The translations under genes were made by a program, and so were the position numbers. DNA of 64,000 nucleotides from the human T2T-CHM13v2.0 reference genome, Homo sapiens. Location of the stretch: assembly GCF_009914755.1 (NCBI RefSeq), contig NC_060925.1; one strand, 5' to 3'. Of the stretch, positions 26,480 to 40,069 are shown one piece after another; position 1 is the first letter of the stretch; the number at the start of each line of letters is the position of its first letter. The notes under the pieces are model-generated. The model searched no databases. It saw only the letters and a program-made list of their open reading frames with translations, and had not been told where the DNA came from.

Positions 26480-28050
26480 ATATTTAAGTTTTTGAGACAT
26501 TTATAAAAATTACCAAAAATGCAATGAATTATAAAATAAACATTCCCGAATCAACTGCCAGTAAGTGATAATTTCTAAGATTTTTGTCACAGTTGTTTTA
26601 AATCTTTTTCAAATAAACACATCAAACATTTCAAACTTTAAAGTCCCCTCTGATTGTCACTGCCAGTTCCATCTCTTCTTCCCTCTCCAGTGGCCACTAC
26701 TTTCATGAATTAAGTGGATATCTTTAATAGTCTATTATTTATACATTTTATGTACGAACAACATAAGTTGTTGATTTATCTTTATGAGTGGCTTAAAGAA
26801 GATTTTCATGAACAGTATTATACTGTACATACACTACATATCATTGTGCACATTTTAAAATTCAACTTACATGTTTCAGATCTCACCATTAGTCTATTCT
26901 TTTTAACTGTCTCATTATGTAAACACTTTAGCGATCCTTTCCCCAATTGATGAACATACAGGTGGTTTAAATGTTTTAAATTATAAATAGGACTGCAATA
27001 AATTTTCTGGTCCATGTCTTTCCATGCACATGTCCATAATATTCTCTACTGTATACGTGTGTGTAAGTATAAATAGGTATATATCTGTATGTGTGTATTT
27101 TCAGAATTACTAGGTCATAGGAATGCATATCCTCAGAGAGCCAAATTGCTCTTTAAGGGTATATTATCAATGTATATTTCTTCATTTTTTTTCTGGATAT
27201 GATGAGTCCCATTTATTTCTTCACCAACACTTGATCTTGTCACACCTTTAAATACTCACTAATCTGATGGATGAGAAATTGTATTTTTTGTTATTATTTC
27301 AATTTGAATTCCCCAGATTATTAAGGTTGAGAGTATGTTTATCTGCACTTAAGATTTCCCTTATGTGAATTGCCTGTACATTTCCTTTACCCATTTTTTA
27401 AATATAGTTCTCCCTTGGTGTCTGCAGGAGATTGGTTCCAGGACCCCCTAGAAACCCCCAAATCTGCAAATGCTCAAATCCTTTATATAAAATGGCAGAG
27501 TACTTGCATAAAAACTATGGATATCCTTCCGTATACTTTAAATTATCTCTAGATTACTTATAAGATCTAATACAATGTAAATGCTATGTAAATGGTTGTT
27601 ATATTGTATCATTTTTATTTCTATTATTTTGTATTGTTATATTGTTATTCCTTCCCCTTCATATTTTCAATCTGTGATTGGTTGAACCCATGATGTGGAA
27701 GTCATGGATATGGAGGGCTAAGAATACCATTTTTTTTTTGTCTTTTACGTACTGATTTAATGTTTCTCTGTGTATTCTAGATATTTGCCCTGTGTTATAT
27801 ATGATGAAAATATTTTCAAGTGGGTGACCACATAACCAACATCTCTTATTATACGTTGGCTTTTTGTGTTTTTCTTTTTTGGTATACATTCATTTTCTAT
27901 TTTGAAGTAGTAAAATTTACCAGTCTTATCCTTTATATGTTATGCTTTTTTGTCATATTTATGAATTTCTCCATGACCCATTTGAAGACCATTTAGATAG
28001 TCTCATATGAGTTTAATGATTTTAAGGTTTGGTTTTTGACATTTAAGTTC
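26480..28050 (-). mobile_element. Old L1M (L1MC/ME-like) 3' fragment
   Basis: Degenerate antisense L1 3' motifs (TCACCAACACTTG, TTATGTGAATTGCCTGT, GACATTTAAGT); interrupted by MER2. Confidence 0.65.
27405..27726. mobile_element. MER2 (TcMar-Tigger MITE)
   Basis: GATTGGTTCCAGGACCCCC...AAATGCTCAAATCCTTTATATAAAATGG...TGGATATGGAGGGC. Confidence 0.85.
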
Positions 28051-28389
28051 TCCCAAAGTTCTAAACCATACATATTCGCCCCTTCTTGCCCTTGCCTTCC
28101 TCACTCAAAAATGTTTTATGTGCTTGCCCCAACCTTGGAAGAGTAGGGTTGTCCTTCTCCTTCCTGTCCTCTTTGTACCCTTATCCATAACTTTCTTGCA
28201 TGTATTTTATTCTACCTGAGGGGTACTTAGGACAAAGCTTTTGTCTTAATTCACACATTTGTCTTCAGCTACTAATGTAGTATTTGGAACAGAATAGACA
28301 CTTGAGAGAGAGGAGAAAGAAGTGTATCAGCACAGTCTTGGGCTGCAATGATGGGAATAGAGAGTTAAATTAGTAAGAATACCATTGTA

Positions 28390-28693
28390 GGCCAGGCACG
28401 GTGGCTCACGCCTGTAATCCCAGCACTTTGGGAGGCCGAGGCGGGTGGATCACAAGGTCAGGAGATCAAGACCATCCTGGCTAACACAGTGAAACCCTGT
28501 CTCTACTAAAAATACAAAAAATTAGCCGGGATTGGTGGAAGGGGCCTGCAGTCCCAGTTACTTGGGAGGGTGAGGCAGGAGAATGGCGTGAATCTGGGAG
28601 GCTGAGCTTGCAGTGAGCCAATATCGCGTCACTGCACTCCAGCCTGGGCGACAGAGGAGGACTCTGTCCAAAAAAAAAAAAAAAAAAAAAAAA
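28390..28693 (+). mobile_element. AluY-like element with intact 15-bp TSD
   Basis: Y diagnostics; long pure A tail; TSD AAGAATACCATTGTA (28375-28389, 28694-28708). Confidence 0.96.
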
Positions 28694-29129
28694 AAGAATA
28701 CCATTGTATTCTGAGCTAGGCCAACTGGCACTGAAATATCCATGCTTAAAGGGACAGAAAAAATAGAGTGTCGCTGGAAGGCTGAGCAGGAAGTTTAAAG
28801 ACTTGGAAAGTCTGCTATAGAAGGAAAGAGGAAGGACTTGGTAAAGCATGGTCTAGAGTCTTGATCATTATTGTTGACTCAACAAAAATCTATCACATGC
28901 CTACTACTTGCCAGGCACTGCTCAAGGCAATTTACAGAGATTTTACTCCTAAGACACTTGAGAAGAGGCATAACCCTCATTAAAATGTCTAGGATACAGA
29001 GTGGCTTACCAAAGCTCACTCTGCAAAGAAGTGGTAGATGTAAAATATGTCCTCTGGGCAACATCAAAGACCTTGCCCCAATACTAAACTTTGGTGCAGG
29101 TACAGGTGTGATTCATTTATTCTGCCATA

Positions 29130-29385
29130 GAGAGGCAGAATATTGCAGTCCTTAAGCCCATGAGGCCAGACTGCCTGAACTTCCTTCCTGACTCTCCCAC
29201 TTGGGAGCATGAGATCTTGGTCATGCCATTTAATTGCTCTGTGCCTCAAGTTTTCTCATTCTTAAAATGAGAATGCGATTATTACATGCCTTATAGAGTG
29301 TTTGTGCATGTTAAATAAATAAATGTATGTTAAAAATCTAAAACATTCTTGGCACATGTGTTATATAAATTCTCTATTATGCTTA
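29130..29385 (+). mobile_element. MIR SINE relic
   Basis: CCAGACTGCCTG...CTCTGTGCCTCAAGTTTTCTCATTCTTAAAATG. Confidence 0.75.
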
Positions 29386-30269
29386 TTTAATTGGATATCA
29401 CTAGTGTTGTCACAAAACTTATTCTCAGTATTGCTGGAAGGTAGAGCCAAGGCAATGGGCAGAAGTTACTGAAATTTAGATTTAAATTTGATACAAGGAG
29501 ACATTTCAAATAACTAGAGTGGTCAGGGCAGCTTCCCAGAATAGTGAGCCCCTACCACCTTAGGGAGAGGTTTCAGCTGCATTTAAAGGACTACTGTGTG
29601 GAAGGTTAGACTAGGTGGCTTCTTCTGAGAATCTTTAGAGTAGGATTCTTTGAGTCTATAGCAATATCCACCCATGTTCCAGGCCAGTGACATCATTTGG
29701 CATGCTAATGAATGGAAATCTTTTCATGCAGGCTGGCCAATTCAAGCCATGCGTACGATGAAAAGGGCAAATCTTTTCATGTGAAATTGTGCATGAATAG
29801 AGACTCATTGCCCACATAAAATGCATTTTTGGGAAATGGCTTTCAGCAAAGCTGAGTGAGAACACACTGGGAGCTCTTGTGATTCAATTATTTGCAGGAG
29901 GAACTCAGGATGATGTTGGAGAAGCCATTGGTCTTGTTATGGACTGAATATTCTCTGGAATCAGATGTGTACATGACTAAAAACACCATGGTCACCCTAC
30001 GGGATGGAGTGGAAGTGAGGGGAGGGAATTATATTGACAGTGTATCTATTCTGCATAAGGCAGTTAGCTTGGCACTTGATATCCTGTCTTATCCACTACC
30101 CGACAGCCAGTGAAACTAAGGCTCAGAGTGGTTAAGAGACAGTGCTCAGAGTCACACAGCTAGAAGTCCTGAAGCCAGGATTTCAACTGTTTCTTACTGT
30201 AGACTAGTAGTCAGAAGCCAGTGCCCTACAAGTCATTACCAGTCTGTAAGAATGTGAAAAGGAATTGAA

Positions 30270-30490
30270 TTAATTGATAACATTTTAAATTCATGGTATT
30301 TCATAAAAGACATATCTAGATTTCCAGGTTCTTTTGAAGAGTTGGAAGCCTTGGCAACACCAGGTCCACAGTTGGGGATGGTGACAATGAGGTGGAACGG
30401 AGTAGCCATTGCCCCCAGTAAGCCGCAGGGCATGTGCTTTCCAGTTGTCCACAGTCCTCTCCACTCCCTGTAGTGTTACATCTTAATTTT
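30270..30490. mobile_element. MER102-like hAT-Charlie element
   Basis: AGATTTCCAGGTTCTTTTGAAGAGTTGGAAGCCTTGGCAACAC...GGGCATGTGCTTTCCAGTTGTCCACAGTCC. Confidence 0.65.
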
Positions 30491-33400
30491 AGTGGCCCCT
30501 TAATCCATGTGGCAATTTGAGTGATGATCCCCATTCTATGTACTATGCTATAAAAACATAGGGCAGGAGATGGAAGAGGATGGGAGAAAGTAGAACAGAG
30601 AAAGGGAGAATAGAAGGAAATGAAATGGAAAGGAAAGAGGAAGATGAAAAAATCCAAAGCCAAGAAGTGGACTTGAGATGCTACAACCAAAAAACATTAT
30701 CCTGCCTCTGCATTCTGCTCAGTTGACCAGCAGAGCTTTTCAATTTTGCAAATGCCAGTAGCTCAGTTCTCATCTTGTTCTGGATGCTTTTATTTTAGGA
30801 GACATTGCAAATCCATCCTGGTGAAAAAAATCAATACACATGATATTTCAAATAGTTTTTTGGTCAAGCAGAGGGCTTTGGGGGTAAGGAAAATAAGGAT
30901 GGAATGTCTCATTGGTGCACTGAGCAAGCCCTGTGCTGCCTACAGTCAAGGCCCCACCTGATTCTTTCTCTCCTTTGTTGCTGGGCCATCCTATTTACCT
31001 GGAAATGGATCTTTTCCTGGGATATTCAAAAGCTCTCAATTAACACATATTTAGTATTGATCACCTTGAAGATGCCATCTCTCCTTCCCTTTTTGTGTTT
31101 CTATCACATTCCTTTCATATCCAGGCTCTCAAAAATGTCCTCTCTCCTGCTTTATTTCTAACCATTCAGTATGTGTTCTCTCAAAGAGCAGGAAAGACCC
31201 CATCAGTGAGCTTTGTTACAGACATTTTGATGCTATACTTCTGATTTCTAACACTGCCTTTGTGACACAGATCACAGACCTTTCATTTTTCTCCTACCTA
31301 CCTGAGTGGCCCTCGGTTAGTCAGTGAACCTTTCTGAAACTCAGGTCTCTTCTCCAGATAAATCCTACTTCACACTATTGTAATAAACATTCAATGAAAT
31401 AATAAATGTTAAAAGGTCTATCCCAGTCCCTAGATTGCATATTTAATAAATAGTAGTTGAAATGAAATCTCTACCCATAACTACCAATGGAACTCTTGGC
31501 AAGTCTGTTAACTTCTGTGGGCTTCTCTTTCTTGACCTGGGAAACAGAAGGGGCTAAACTAGATCTCTCAGATGTCTTAAAGCCAGATGTTCTGTTTGCC
31601 GGGCTGCAGGCATCCTCAAGTTGCCTCTCTTACCCGCTGTGAGAGGCTTGAAGGTAGAGGTCATATCCCTTTATCTTTGTATCTGTACCGCCTGACATGA
31701 CACTGCAGCTCAATAAAATATTGGATTCTATCACTGATGCAGCAGTTCTAGCCACACGAACTCCTCTCATTTACTGATGTCAGAAGTCTCAGGACTCTAG
31801 GGCTGCTTTTAACATTTTGATCATATTTCTATTCCCACCCCAGTCTCCTCCTGGGGGATACTGTTTCCTCCAAACTGCTGCTTTGGGGCAGCCACCAAAG
31901 GTGGCCAATTGAGGCTTACTGCTCAGCCTCAGCTGATTGGATACTGCTGAGCACCTGGTCCTATGGTACACAATCCAAAGGTTGATCAGACCGACTGACT
32001 ACCTGGGAGGTGGCCTAGTGGGAGGAGGTGAAGGGGAAGAATAGGAGAGCACCACAGAGAAAATGTGTGGCCATCAGATTCCTTGTTGAGAATCTAAACT
32101 AGGAACTGTGAAGGGCATAATATAGCTAGAAGGAGGAGCTAAAAATGACAGATGCAGACAGAGATAGGTGAGGAGAAGGCAGGGCCACAACCTGGAGGGG
32201 TTTTGGCAACTCTGAGTTCAAGGGAGCAAGCAGGTCCTGAGACACTGGTGGGTCTATAAGGGGAGACAAAGGGGGCTCCTGAGCAGCAACTGGAGGGGGA
32301 TGCTACCTCTCAGCCACCCTCTCTCAGCCCTGATGACTCTTCAGTTCCAGTCCTTACAGTAAATCTGCTTTTAGTTGCACTGCTTTGAGGGAGACTTGGT
32401 GACTTTTAACTACAAGAGGCTGACCAGATCAAAGGCTTAAAACCTGTTGCAGAAGATTAGGGTGAGGATGGAAGAGGACAGAGAAAAAGGAGAAGGAAAG
32501 AAGGAAGATGGAGAAGAAAAACATGGGAGAGAAAGGATGCAAAGGAACCAGGCAGGCAGGGTGGGGACAATTATCGGGGGCAGTTAGATCCAACAGGGAA
32601 GAGATACAGGCTGAGGGCCGGAAACTCTCAGGGTTCCCTCCTCAACCACCACAATAAAGATAAGGGGGCTCTCCTCTCCATTTCTATTCTTTACTTAATA
32701 AATAAATAAATAAATAAATAAGACAAACCTGCCTGTTTCCTCCCTGGAGAATTGAATGCGATCAGTTCTGGCTGTAAAGCCCCCTGGAGAAATTCACGGT
32801 GTTCAGGAAACATTAAGAGACTGAAACAGAGATGGCTTCTAAATCTCAGAGGAAGAAGCTTCGCAATGAAGTCTTGGACCTAATCATTTTATCCCTTGCC
32901 TCGGCCTGGTCACACTGCCAATTCCCCCAGCAGTAGCAATTGCTCACAAAGAGAGAATCTCAGAGTTCAGGCGCGGATTCAAACCCACAATCAAATAGAA
33001 GCTTGAGTTCTCCGCTCATATAATTTCTGGTAAACACTGTCAGTTTCAGACTTCCAAATGGAGAGTATATTTTTATTCATTTTAAGTTATCCTTGCTTTC
33101 ATTTTCTTGGCAAATGGGACAACTGGGCAACCCAAGGGGTTTGATTTTCTCTATTTATTTACATTTTTCAACCCATATATACACCTGTCAAGATATAAGC
33201 CGGGTTTTGATGTTGAGACAAAGGAAGCACCATTCTTTCAGGTCCCAAATGGGATATTCTAGAGGCATGGGGTGTGGGGACATCGTTGCTTTTATGCTTT
33301 ATAACAGATTAAAGGCAAGCTTGGCTCAGCTTTTAGCTGGGATGGAGTATTAGCAAATGAATGAATTATTCTCTGTTCATAAAACAAAATAAGCTTTCTA

Positions 33401-34269
33401 TTAGCTGGGCTAGAGGTCTTCTTCCATTATAGATCATTAATAAATGAAAGTCTATTTGATTTCACAGGCCAATTTGTCATCAGTGTCACACTGATGAGCA
33501 GACTGGTGGTGTGAAAAGCATTAGATTTTGGAGTTTGAGAGCCAGGGATAATGATTCAAGGCTCTAGAATGTACTGAACTGTGGCTTCTGGTTAAGTTTC
33601 TTTATGCTGTTTGAGCCTCCCCCTTAACATCTGATAAACTGAAGTAACAGAATCTAATTTATACAGTTCTTGTAAGGGTTAAATAAAGTCATCAATGCAA
33701 AGTGAGTGGCCACATGCCTGACACTTGGTAGGCATTCAATAAATCTTCCTTCCTTCCAAACAAGAAACTTGGTAATTTAAAAAACTAAGAGCCAGGAATA
33801 GCCTTGCCCTAGGCAACATAATATTTCACCACTGCAACTGGATTACAAGCAAAAGGGTAATTCATGAAGTTGCTGACCTGTGTTCCCCGGGGCTGGAACA
33901 GCATGTTGGTTTCATAAAGAGAATGAGAGGTGATCCCTTGAAGCAGCTGTGTTCTGCCTGAGTCAGGAGGGAGTTCACCTGGGGTCTTTGGCCTACTCTT
34001 GCTCATGTCCAGGAACTGTAGTCTTGGGCTGCCTGCCCTCAACATGACATTTAACATAGGAAGCATAGAAAAAGCCCACAACTTTATACAAATGTGGCTG
34101 ACTGCCTCATTTATAGGGGTCGAAGCGCTGACTGATGGGTGGTTGGAAATGTACCTGCTACCCTCGACTTCAGTGGATTTCTCTGGACATGCCACTGGAC
34201 CTAATGAGAACTGTAGACTTCTGGCAGTGAGCTTGGCTGACCCCTCTGAGGAAGAAATGTATAGAAAAA

Positions 34270-34465
34270 CAAGTGCATGGGCCTCGGAACCAGGAGGAAA
34301 GGATTCCAATGTCTGGGTCTCCTCCTTAGTAGCTCTCTGACTTCTTAGGCAAGCTACTGAACATTTTGAAATCTCTGTTTTCTCATATGTAAAATGGGAA
34401 TAGCAGGGCCTACATCTCATGAAAACGGGATTTTCAAATAACAAAAAGGTGTTAGGTGTCTGTGA
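34270..34465 (+). mobile_element. MIR SINE relic
   Basis: CTGTTTTCTCATATGTAAAATGGGAATA; overlaps the 5' part of the 234-aa minus-strand ORF. Confidence 0.7.
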
Positions 34466-35265
34466 CCTGGTAGACTGTTTATCTACATCTCTTTCTATGA
34501 TGTTTATCCACATTTCATCCTATTGTTGCCCTCTTTGCAAAACATTTTATAGCTCATCATCACACTTGTTACCCTAACTCTGTGAAGAAGATATAATTAC
34601 TCTTCTTTCATATTTTAGTGGTGGAATCTGAAGTGCAGTGAAGTTCTGGGACATTCTTAAGAGGCATGTTTGTAAATGGCAGAGTCGGCATTTGAACCTG
34701 GATCTTCCAATGTTAGAAGTGCAACTTTTTTTACTTCCAATTCTAGAGGTAAGACTGGCAAGTACAACCACAAGTTAGAATCATAGAAAGGAGTTTCAGA
34801 ATCGCAGAGATACAATCACCCATACAGAGTCTAATCTTTCCAGTTTAGAAGTGGACAAATGAAGCCCAGAGAGTGAACTAACTTGCCGTGGGTCACACCA
34901 CTGTCAGAGGCAGAGCAAGAATGAGAGCTTATCTCATCCTCTTCTGAGTCCCAGGCCAGGTTCTTTGCTCCTGAACTGAAATTGCAAACTGGAGAAAAGG
35001 GGGCAGATTTGGCCACAGCTCTGTTTTATGCTTACTCACAGTTTGCCATGATATTCCCTCCCCATCATCTTTTATGCAGCTACTACATACGTGGGCATTA
35101 TATGCCTGGCCCCTGTAAATATTTGAGTTTGCAACTCCCACTTTATGGAAAGCTATTTCTAATTTGAATAAATAGATTTTAAAAGCAGCCAAATGTACTC
35201 CAACAATGAATTTTTCCAATTAGGTTTTATTTAATTGAATTTTGTAGATTAAACAATTGAGACTC

Positions 35266-35593
35266 GGCTGGGCACGGTGGCTCATGCTTGTAATCCCAGC
35301 ACTTTGGGAGGCCGAGGTGGGTGGATCACCTGAGGTCAGGAGATTGAGACCAGCCTGGCCAAGATGGTAAAACCCCGTCTCTACTAAAAATGCAAAAATT
35401 AGGCGGGCATGGTGGCATGCGCCTGTGATCCCAGCTACTCGGAAGGCTGAGGCAGGAGAATCGCTTGAAAAAAAACGGGAGGCGGAGGTTGCAGTGAGCT
35501 GAGAGTGTGCCATTGCACTCCAGACTGGGAGATAGAGGGAGATTCTGTCTAAAATAAACAAACAAACAAACAAAACAAACAAACAAACGAACA
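35266..35593 (+). mobile_element. AluS element with (AAAC)n tail, inserted in a MIR
   Basis: Full dimer; TSD AAACAATTGAGACTC / AAACAATTGCGATTC (35251-35265, 35594-35608). Confidence 0.95.
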
Positions 35594-36004
35594 AAACAAT
35601 TGCGATTCAAAGGTCTGCCACTGGTCCAAGGTCTCACAGCTAGTGAGAGCAGAGCTGGGGCTCAGCCCTGGTATATCTGACTCCAGGCCTCCTTTTCTTT
35701 CCCCTGCCCTGAGCTCCAGCCTACAATATCAAAGCTGAGCTCCAAGACGGCAGATTCCCAATGCACATTTTCACTTTTCATCCAAACCAATCCCTTAGTA
35801 CAGAGTGACTCTAGACAAGTTTTCCAAAACTCAGTTCCCTGAATGACCAGTTTACAAAAAACAAACAAACAAAAAATCCAAGCAAGTAAAAAGGTAATCA
35901 AACACACAATAAAACAGAAAACATTTCTCAAAATTATATATAGCTTCCAAGTAAATCTTGGTATCTAGTAGAGTCAGTCAGTTCTCTTTCTTTCTCTCCT
36001 CCTC

Positions 36005-36270
36005 TTTCAAAGATCTTTGGCTTTTCTTGGCCGTTTCCTGTTGCACCTGAATTTTAGGCCCAGTTTGTCAATTTGTCTAAAAATCCCTGTTGGGATTTTG
36101 ATTGGAGTAGCTTTGAATCTATAAATCAACTTGGGAAAAAGTGGCATCTTTACAGCACAAAGTATTCCTATCCATGAATAGGGTATCACACTCTCCATTT
36201 ATTCAGGTTTTCTTTTATGCTTTTTAATAAAGGTTTGTATATGTGTGTATATGTATATTTTCCCGTAAAG
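36005..36270 (-). mobile_element. L1 ORF2 fragment
   Basis: ORF 36007-36198 IPYSWIGILCAVKMPLFPKLIYRFKATPIKIP resembles L1 ORF2p [32 protein letters not shown]. Confidence 0.85.
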
Positions 36271-37004
36271 GTCCGACATGAGAAATTCATTCAATAAGAA
36301 TTTATTGAGCCATGGGATATGTGAGAACAAAATTGGTCGATCCCACATGAATGAAATTTTCTGGTTTTTAAACTTTGCCACTTTTGTTACTCTTGTGTTA
36401 ATTTCACAAATGGCTCATGAGCTTCATTTTGTATTTCTAACAACCAAACTTTAAACTTTCAGCATTTCTTACTACTAACAATGCACCAGAGTGACATGTT
36501 CTCAGGTCTTACGGATCAACTTCCTGTTCATTCATCCTCTTCAGAATGTCTTCTTCTTGTTAGGTTTGGATTTGGTGCTTATACATCTCTGGGGATGATA
36601 AAACCATTTAAAGCCCAAAGACTCTCTAAATCCCACTGTGTGTCTTCCATCATCATGCTGCCACGTACAGAGCTCTGATCCTTAATACTGTCATTACTGG
36701 GTCCCGTTAATTAGCCAGTTTTTCTTTCTTAAATGCAAGCATCTGATAAGCAATTAGATTGCATAGGCCTTACTTAAAACAAATAGGAGTAAATACTTTA
36801 GCTTTGTGCAATGAGGTAGGATCGAGGAGGCTGCATCATGTGGCAAAGAACAAAGAAATTTCGGAAAGAATATATTGCTCGTTCCTGTACTTACTCTGCA
36901 ACTGGCAACTAACCTGTAAAATGGCAGTGGGATTTCAGAAATAAATGTTTTTTAAAGAGAATGCACAATGCTCACCCGAAAACTGGGTCATCTCCCGATT
37001 TCTT

Positions 37005-37600
37005 TTATCTATTCAGAAAATTGAGGGCTGCCTATACACCAAAACAAGGCTAGGTGCTGAGATCCAAATAACATAATGACAGTCACATTGCCCTCATTTT
37101 TATGTAGTATAGTGGGGGATGTAGACAACTCAACTTGCAAATTAATACAAAGTTTGATTAATATCATGACACAGAACAGCACCAAGAAGTCACACTGAGA
37201 TATAGGAGTTCATAGGAGAAAGGTGTAGTGCAGTGAAGAATCCTGAAAGAGGTGATTACTGACTTGGGAAAGTAAAGCAAGGTTAGAGTGCCCAGAGAAT
37301 AGATAAGAAAGTGGGAGTGGGGGTTGGCAAGAGGCATGAGATAACAAGAAGCCAGCTTCAGGAATTCAGACTTTATCCTAAGGGCAGGGAAGTTATTGGG
37401 GGGTTTTAATCGGAAATGACATGATCAGATTTGCTTTTTGGAAAGATCATTAAGGTCACCTTGAGGAGAATAAATTGAGATCAGTGTGGGGAGATGAGAA
37501 GTCCAGTTATGAGGCCACTTCCGTACTGCAGGCAATAAAAAAAAAAAATGATAACAGCTTCTACTAGGGTAACAGCACTAGGAACAGATAAAAAAGTTGA
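37005..37600 (-). mobile_element. L2 LINE relic
   Basis: GACTTTATCCTAAGGGCAGGGAAG...GACATGATCAGATTTGCTTTTTGGAAAGATCA. Confidence 0.75.
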
Positions 37601-37914
37601 AGTCCAGAAAGGACAAGTAAGTAGCCTTCTCTACATCTACTAAGTGGTAAAGCAGGATTTTAAAACAAGTTCAATAGGGTCCAAACCCTGTAATCTTTTT
37701 AATGTACCCCCACTTTCCCTACCATATGTAAGGGCCAAAATTAATCTTGGGAGATTAAGGAAGGATGCTGAGCAGAATGGAAAATAGATTGGAAAGAGAA
37801 TATACTAGAAACAAAAAGAGCCACCAGAAGCCTGTTGCAATAGCACACAAAAGAGAAGCTGAAGAAGAGAAGGTCATTAATATTTGTTGATCAGCTATGG
37901 AAGGTAGTATATAG

Positions 37915-38091
37915 CAGTGTTTCTCAAACTTTTAAGTGCTTAAGAATCATCTGGGAATCTTGTAAAAATGCAGATTCTGATTCTATAGGTTTGGAGCCTG
38001 AGATTCTGCATTTCTAAAAAGTCCCCAGGTGAGGTCCATGCTGCTGGCCCAGGGGCAGAATTTTTTTTTTTTTTTTTTTTTTAGCAGCAAT
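37915..38091. mobile_element. MER5A hAT MITE
   Basis: CAGTGTTTCTCAAACTT...AGAATCATCTGGG...AAAATGCAGATTC...GATTCTGCATTTCTAA...CCCAGGTGA. Confidence 0.85.
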
Positions 38092-38180
38092 GATGGAGGC
38101 TAACAGCCCAGGGTTCAAGTCAAATGGACCAGGAACTAAATCCTCATGTTGCAACTTATTAACGGTGTGACTTTAGGCAA

Positions 38181-38643
38181 TGTAGGAGTTTTCTAGGGCT
38201 GCTGGTACCAAAAACTGGGTGGCTTAAAACAACAGAAAGTTGCTGTCTTATAGTTTGGGAGGCTAGAAATCTGTCAGCAGGGCCGTCCTCTCTCTGAAGA
38301 CTTAAAGGGTGAATACTCCCTTCCTCCTTCTAGCTTCTGGCGTTTGCTGCCAATTTTGGGCATTTCTTGGCTGATAGGTGCATCACTGCAGTCATATGGT
38401 AATCTTCTCCCTGTGTGACTTCACATCATCCTCTGCTGTGCTATGCATGTCTGTCTCTGTGTCTAAATTTCCCCTTTTAATAAGACCATCAGTCATATTG
38501 GATTATAATCCATCCTAATGACCTCATTTTAATTTGATTACTTCTGTGAAGACTTCATTTCCAAATAAGTTCACATTCTGAGGTACTGAGGGTTCAGACT
38601 CCATTTTAACTTTTTTGGCGGGGACACAATTCAAGCCATAATA
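38181..38643 (-). mobile_element. MLT1C-like MaLR solo LTR
   Basis: AAACTGGGTGGCTTAAAACAACAGAAA...GGGACACAATTCAAGCCATAATA; perfect 5-bp TSD GGCAA (38176-38180, 38644-38648). Confidence 0.88.
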
Positions 38644-38681
38644 GGCAAGTTATTTTACCCCTTGGAGACTCAGCTTCTTCA

Positions 38682-38937
38682 TTTTTCTTTATTTTTGAGA
38701 CAGGGTCTTGCTGTGTTGCCCAGGCTGAAGTGCAGTGGCAGGATCAAGGCTCTCTGTAGCATTGAACTTCTAGGCTCAATCGATCCTTCTGCCTCAGCCT
38801 CCTGAGTAGCTAGGACTCCAGGTACATGTCACCATGCACAGTTAATTAAAAGAAAAATTGTAGAGATGGGGTCTTTCAGTGTTGCCCAGGTTGGTCTTGA
38901 ATTCCTAGCCTCAAGCAATTCTGCTGCCTCAGCCTCC
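38682..38937 (-). mobile_element. AluJ element (5'-truncated)
   Basis: GAGACAGGGTCTTGCTGTGTTGCCCAGGCTG...CTCAAGCAATTCTGCTGCCTCAGCCTCC. Confidence 0.9.
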
Positions 38938-40069
38938 AGACTCAGTTTATCTGTCAAATGGGAATAATAATTTTTACTTTATAGAATTAAATGGAATAAC
39001 AAAAGTAAAGGGTCTGGCACCCAATAAGGGCTCAAATCATTATAGTTAAGAACTACTAGGCACTAGGTACTTTTAATACATCTCATTTAACCATGACAAC
39101 TGCTTTATGATGCTGGCATCACCATTTCCACTAGATACCAGAAGAGACTGAGGCTCAGTGAGGATAAAGAGTTTGTACAAAGTCACACTATTATTAAGAT
39201 TTAAAACTCAGTTTTCTGCAAAGGCCATGATGTTTATTTCCACTCCAAAGGGCCTAACTTGGGGAAAAGAAGTAGTGAAGATAGACTTAAAAAAATCTCT
39301 CCTGCAGGGGCAACAGCAGAGAAGTGATGATTGTTTTTATTTTACCATGTAGGGACATGTGCTGGATACGGATTCTACTTTAGAAGTGCCCAGAATCACA
39401 GATGAGGTGTTCAGAAAGCTCAGGGATTGGAGGAGGGAGGGAGCAAAGGACAGGTGGTATATGAAGTCCAGTGGATTCATCATGTTCACCGGCTTCTATC
39501 ATATTTTTTCATATTTCAAGGCTGCATTGGCATTTTTTTAACAGGCCATAGAAATTCACAATCAAAATTTCAAAGCTAAAAATACAGCCATGCCATCCTG
39601 GAAAATAGTTTTGTTTTTTTTTTATTTTGTGAAAAACAAAACACCTGACTGTCTTCTACCCAATAAAGAAAGAAATGTACAGGCTGCAATGAGTAATTGA
39701 ACCTACTTTTGTCTGTTTGCAATAAACATTCACAAAACACATTATCCTTTTGACATTTCTGTTAGGATTGCTCATATTCCATTTTCTGTGAAATGCTTTC
39801 CATCCTCACCGGGTTCTTGTAATTACCTCTTTGGAAGAAGATCACCTCAGCTCTTTAGCTACATTATCAATTTTAAACAGTTGATTCCTAATCATTGTTG
39901 TTGCTGCTATTATGTTCAGACATCTCCGGAGGTGGAAGAAACTATGCTGTCTTAAGCTGTTAAAAGATACAGATAGCCTGATACCCAGCCAGGAAAATGA
40001 TAGTTATAGACAAGCAGGTGGCAGTTTCATCATATTTCTTCCATTTTGTCAATTCCAGGGGTCACTGCA

